From: Octopus sinensis
Taxonomy: Eukaryota
Assembly (NCBI RefSeq): GCF_006345805.1
Contig: NC_043014.1
Span: forward strand, 25,296,001-25,360,000
Length of the DNA: 64,000 bases
Direction of reading: 5' to 3'
Below the pieces are notes generated by a model that was not told the origin of the DNA, searched no databases, and saw only the letters and a list, made by a program, of their open reading frames with translations. Made by a program: the position numbers and the translations under genes. Positions 59,667-64,000 of this stretch are shown here, one piece after another. The first letter of the stretch is position 1. Each line of letters opens with the position of its first letter.

Positions 59667-60325
59667 ACCTTCAGATAAAAAAAAAATGTTTCATAAGAGA
59701 TAACAAAAATGCTATTCAATAAAAGAGGTTAATGTTTGTATACATAACAATACAAACTTCAGATTTTCTGTCATGGTTACAAACAGTTGCTTGTCCTATA
59801 TGCAATTGTTAGACCATGCTGTTTATTCCTTTCATTAAAATACATTTGGAAATAATATATTATGCCCACTTCCACAAAGGTGTAAGATAGTAGAATTATA
59901 TTATTTTGTTCTCACAATGGATATCAAATGTTATTAAGAAAATTAAGTCAATCAAAAACAGAAAAATATAATAAAAGCAGAAATGTGGTTATTATGAAAA
60001 TAAATGCAACAATAAATAAAGTGAAAAATAAAAGAAATTTAATGAAAAATTTGGATACAAATTTGTTTGTCTTATGTTAACAGTCAATCAGGTAAAGGTG
60101 GTATGGCCCAATTGCATAATATATACTTCTTTTTCTGCATTTCCTTAAAATTTAGTGTTCAAATAGATATCATGATTACGCAAGCCCATTGTGCAAAATT
60201 CTCATAAGTAAGGTCTTGATATTTCAAGAGCTTTCTTTTTTATTGTCAAATGTAGTCTGTTAATTTGGTGTTTATTCAATGTATGTAAAAGTATGGTTGT
60301 AGACTCTCGAACTTTTTTTTAATTA

Positions 60326-61189
60326 CGAAGAGGCATCCAAAAGTAAGCAAAACCATTCTTTGTGGGACAAGCCTGTTGTAGTTCCGGCTTTCGCCACTAG
60401 AAGCCACTTGATGTGACCCTCAGGCATCAATCTGCTGACTGGTGGTGTCAGGTGTAGTTGTACTACCATGTGATGGATCTTTGTTTTACAGTGCTTCTCC
60501 CTTGTTCATCAATTTTTGCAATGGCTGAAACAAAAGAACAGTATGCTTCCATGAAATTTTGTTTCCTGCTGGGGAAAACGGTGGCTGAAACAGTTGTCAT
60601 GCCTCAAACAGCTTACAAGGATGCTGCCATGAGCAAAACACAAGTTTACAAGTGGTTTCCATACTTTAGGAATGGTCACTTGTCACTTGAAGACCAACCT
60701 TGTTCCAAAATGAATACAAACATCATGAAAATTCATGAACTAATCTTGGAGGGCCATCACTAAAAATTGACAAACTTAATATGACTGGTGTGTCCTGGAG
60801 CTACTGCTAACGAATTTTGAGTGAGGAATTGCAAATGAAAAGAGTTGCTTGCCCACGGTATATGAGAAACAGTAATGACTGAATGCATGTCGTGAACTGA
60901 AAGAACAGCTGAAAGTTGATCTGGACCTTTTATGAAAGTCATCACTGGTGATGAAAGTTGATGCTATGGAATTTGCAGATGTGGAAGAGGTGAAGAAAAA
61001 AATGCCAGAGGCATTAAAAGGCATCACTTCACAAGTATTCCTGCACTGCTTTGAATAGGGGGAAATGCACCTGGACCAATGCATTGCTTCAAATGGAGAA
61101 TACTTTGAAGGTGATAAAAATGTAAACATGTAAAACTAAGTGAATAAAATAATATTGCAAAATTCCAGTTTCTTTTGGGTACCCCCTCG
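60326..61189 (+). mobile_element. Internally deleted mariner (864 bp) with both TIRs and TA TSDs
   Basis: TA|CGAAGAGGCATCCAAAAG ... CTTTTGGGTACCCCCTCG|TA. Transposase EQYASMKFCFLLGK...KTQVYKWF and VITGDESW; the catalytic core is deleted. Confidence 0.9.
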
Positions 61190-61369
61190 TATAATCATAT
61201 TTACATAATCATATTTACACACCATGTTAAAGTCTGGTTTTACAGAGGTAGCCTCTCCTTAATGAATTTAATAAATTAAACTCTACTGGTAAGGCTTCTT
61301 TGTGTTGGTGCTTTGTCTGTATACTTTTTATATCTATCTATCCATATATGCATATATAATATATGCATA

Positions 61370-61405
<36 letters not shown>

Positions 61406-63280
61406 CATGTATGTCTATATGTATATGTAAGTGTGTGTGGGGAGAGTATATATGTATATACATACCCGATATTCAAATTTTGATTTTTTTTTTTTCTGTA
61501 AATTCTCAGTTCGAAAATGCAAGTGAAACGTAAATCAAAATCATTGTATAAATATAAAACACTATCAAACACAGAGACTGCCACAGAAAATTCAAGTTAT
61601 CTACGAAATAAGTAAGTAACTATTTACTTGTTACATAACTATCTGTTGCATGTTTTGTTATATAAATCACTGCAGTGAACTCTCATGCAATTCTTCTTGT
61701 GTGATTATAGTACCTCTCTGCAAGTATTCTTTCATTTTCTTAAGCTTTTTAGTAACTTGATTGTAACCTTGCTATGGTACCACCTTTAAGGATTTTGATC
61801 AATTATATTGATCTCAGTATTTTTTTCAGTTTGTTATTTATTTTATTGATCGCTATCAAATTGCTAAAAAGCATACTTTTTACCTAAAAGGGTGGAATTT
61901 GATGTTCTACATTATACAAATAAACATAAACATAGGACACATAAACATACACCTATAGGCAATAACGCATACCCACACATATATGTATATATGTTAGCCA
62001 TAACACATACCCACATATATGTATATATGTTAGCAGAGTTGCCCGTGTTACATGCAATTGAAGAATTAGACTTTTCTGTTATATTTTCTGTAATGAACTG
62101 GAATATCTATGTTTCGAATTTCATCAAAATTGCAGATGAGGGTTATCTCCCTCTTTACACACCCTAAAAAAAATTGTAATCGTGCCACATGTATCCCATA
62201 CTACTGATTTTTATGCACATATTCCAAAATTCCAGTCTTATTGAACCTGTTAAAAGGATTTTGCACCTGAAAAATGGTCATGGCGCTCTAAAATGTGAGA
62301 GATAAGGCCCCTGTTGGGGGTGGGTGTCTTAATGTCAACCAGAGAAGTTGAATTGTTGAGAATCTTTTTAACTTGGGTCTTATATCTATTGTTTGAATTT
62401 CTTTGAAATAGGAAATATATGTTCACTGGGTTTGTAAAAGAGAGCAAAGCTACAGGAAACCAAAAGACGAATGATCACAATAAGCAGTTAGTTACCCTAC
62501 CCTAGTCATTACCACTTCCAATGTAGGATTCCTCACCATCCAAGTGGCAGGCAGAGCCATAAGTTGCACTACGAATCTATAGCAATTGGAAGGGCGTGAC
62601 CCAACTGAAATAAACATTAACAACTGTGTGACGTGAGGGCTAAGGAGAAATGAAAGTGTCACCTCTGGAGTTTGCAAATGACCACTATACTGATATGTAA
62701 CTGGACAGAATAAATTTACAATCTATAAATGTCTTTGAATAACCAGTCACTCATCTGGGAAGGCCTTGAAATCAATGTGACCATCTGGGGACCATGTGTG
62801 ACCCAGTGATAATAAAAAGACTGAAAGGAGGTCTGCAATCAAATAACTTTACTCAACACTTTGCAACTGAATCAGTGGAGGCAAAGATGCCTCTCATTTA
62901 TTTGACAATTTATGTATCACATTGCAGAAATCACAATGTAAGTGTATGTCAAAGCAAAGTGTTACACTGTTGTACCATTGAATTACAAATAATGCTCATC
63001 TTTTATGCTTGGGTAACCCTACAGCTTCCAAGAGTACAACTGTATTCGTCTTTGCTTATAAGAAGATGAAATTTTATAAATATTACTTCATTTGTGTCTA
63101 ATATCTGTGATTAAAATTTCATCAACAGCAAAAATATATGAATTGTAATGGGGGTTATGGCCCTCATGCATAGAATATAATTTCCAAATTTCATAAAGAT
63201 CCATTCAGTACTTTTCAACTAGTTTTGAATCATAAGAGAAATGACTAAAATGTGGGAGTTAAGGCCTCCATTAGGGTGTT

Positions 63281-63302
63281 ATATATATATATATATATAT
63301 AT

Positions 63303-63357
<55 letters not shown>

Positions 63358-63380
63358 TAGATACACACACACACACACAT
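63281..63380. repeat. (TA)n/(GATA)n/(CA)n microsatellite
   Basis: Directly visible. Confidence 0.95.
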
Positions 63381-63419
63381 ACAAAAATAAATTGATAGAT
63401 ACAACTGAGTGGGCAAACA

Positions 63420-63640
63420 AATATGAGCCTAGTGCTTTTTTTATGTTGATAAGCCTGGTACTTATTCTATTAGTTTGTTCTTGTGAAACCAGTAAGTTAT
63501 GGGGATGTAAATAAATGAACAGCAGTTGTGAAGCAGTGATGAGGGAGAAACACAGAGATAAAGATACACACATACACTTACATATATACATACATATATA
63601 TATACGATTGATTTGTTTCAGTTCCTGCCTATGAAATCCA
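63420..63640 (-). mobile_element. Degraded 3' part of the long SINE family
   Basis: AAGCCT.GTACTTATTCTAT...AAGTTA.GGGGA.GTAAA matches the SINE tail in antisense. Confidence 0.65.
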
Positions 63641-63644
63641 TATA

Positions 63645-64000
63645 TATTGTTGTTGGCATCCTTTTTGTCTCGGGAGACAATGGAGTTGTGCATAAAATAA
63701 TCTAGTCCGGCTTTTACATTTCATGTCCTAATACATCTCCTGCTGTGGCTGTGAAGTCCTATCCTGAACAAACACTCCCTCTGGCAGGTACCGCAAATGT
63801 AGCGAAGACTTTGCCTGGCTAGTTGTAATGTAACAGTTTCTTGTTGACATCTTTTCTTGTCGTTCAATTTCTCCTCTCTCTCACTATGTTACTCCTTTGT
63901 GTTCCCTCTTTTACGGTATGTTGCCAATCTCCACGGTTGCTGGCAACTGCTTCCCAGTTGGTAATATTGATGTTGCAGGCATTCATGTCCCTTTTGCAAA
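63645..64000 (-). mobile_element. RTE-clade LINE 3' end
   Basis: Minus strand CKRDMNAC...WEAVASNRGDWQ...YICGTCQREC.FRIGLHSHSRRC. The 3' UTR contains a TTGTCTC/GAGACAA hairpin. Runs off the window. Confidence 0.88.

Noticed and set aside
62400-63100. Unique sequence with possible minus-strand splice signals
   Set aside because: Candidate exons are short, frames conflict, and no product is recognisable.

Overview
AT-rich eukaryotic DNA made almost entirely of nested, degraded transposable elements and microsatellites. The SINE types, (AAT)n-anchored R4/Dong elements and composition resemble a cephalopod (octopus-like) genome; this is inference from pattern recognition, not a database result. 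No intact host gene, RNA gene or CRISPR array could be supported. Recognisable TEs are one CR1/L2-group LINE, about 12 L1/Tx1-clade copies, five or six R4/Dong copies, a Penelope-like element, an RTE 3' end, five mariner copies, a Tc1, a FLYWCH-MULE, a hAT end and many tRNA-derived SINE pieces. Main result: at two separate loci, Tx1-clade retroelements form head-to-tail arrays at the same 15-bp site (TTATTCTTAGTGCAA), exactly 49 nt upstream of a mariner transposase ATG. Most array members are short 1.1-1.7 kb elements that encode only ORF1 and share a 3' stem-loop/polyA tail with an ORF2-coding member of the same array. A further ORF1-only element, bounded by a 14-bp TSD, splits the tRNA-like head of a SINE. 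A 2.07-kb non-coding element with ~750-bp near-perfect inverted arms is also unexplained. Element boundaries are read by eye and are approximate unless a TSD, TIR or motif is quoted.
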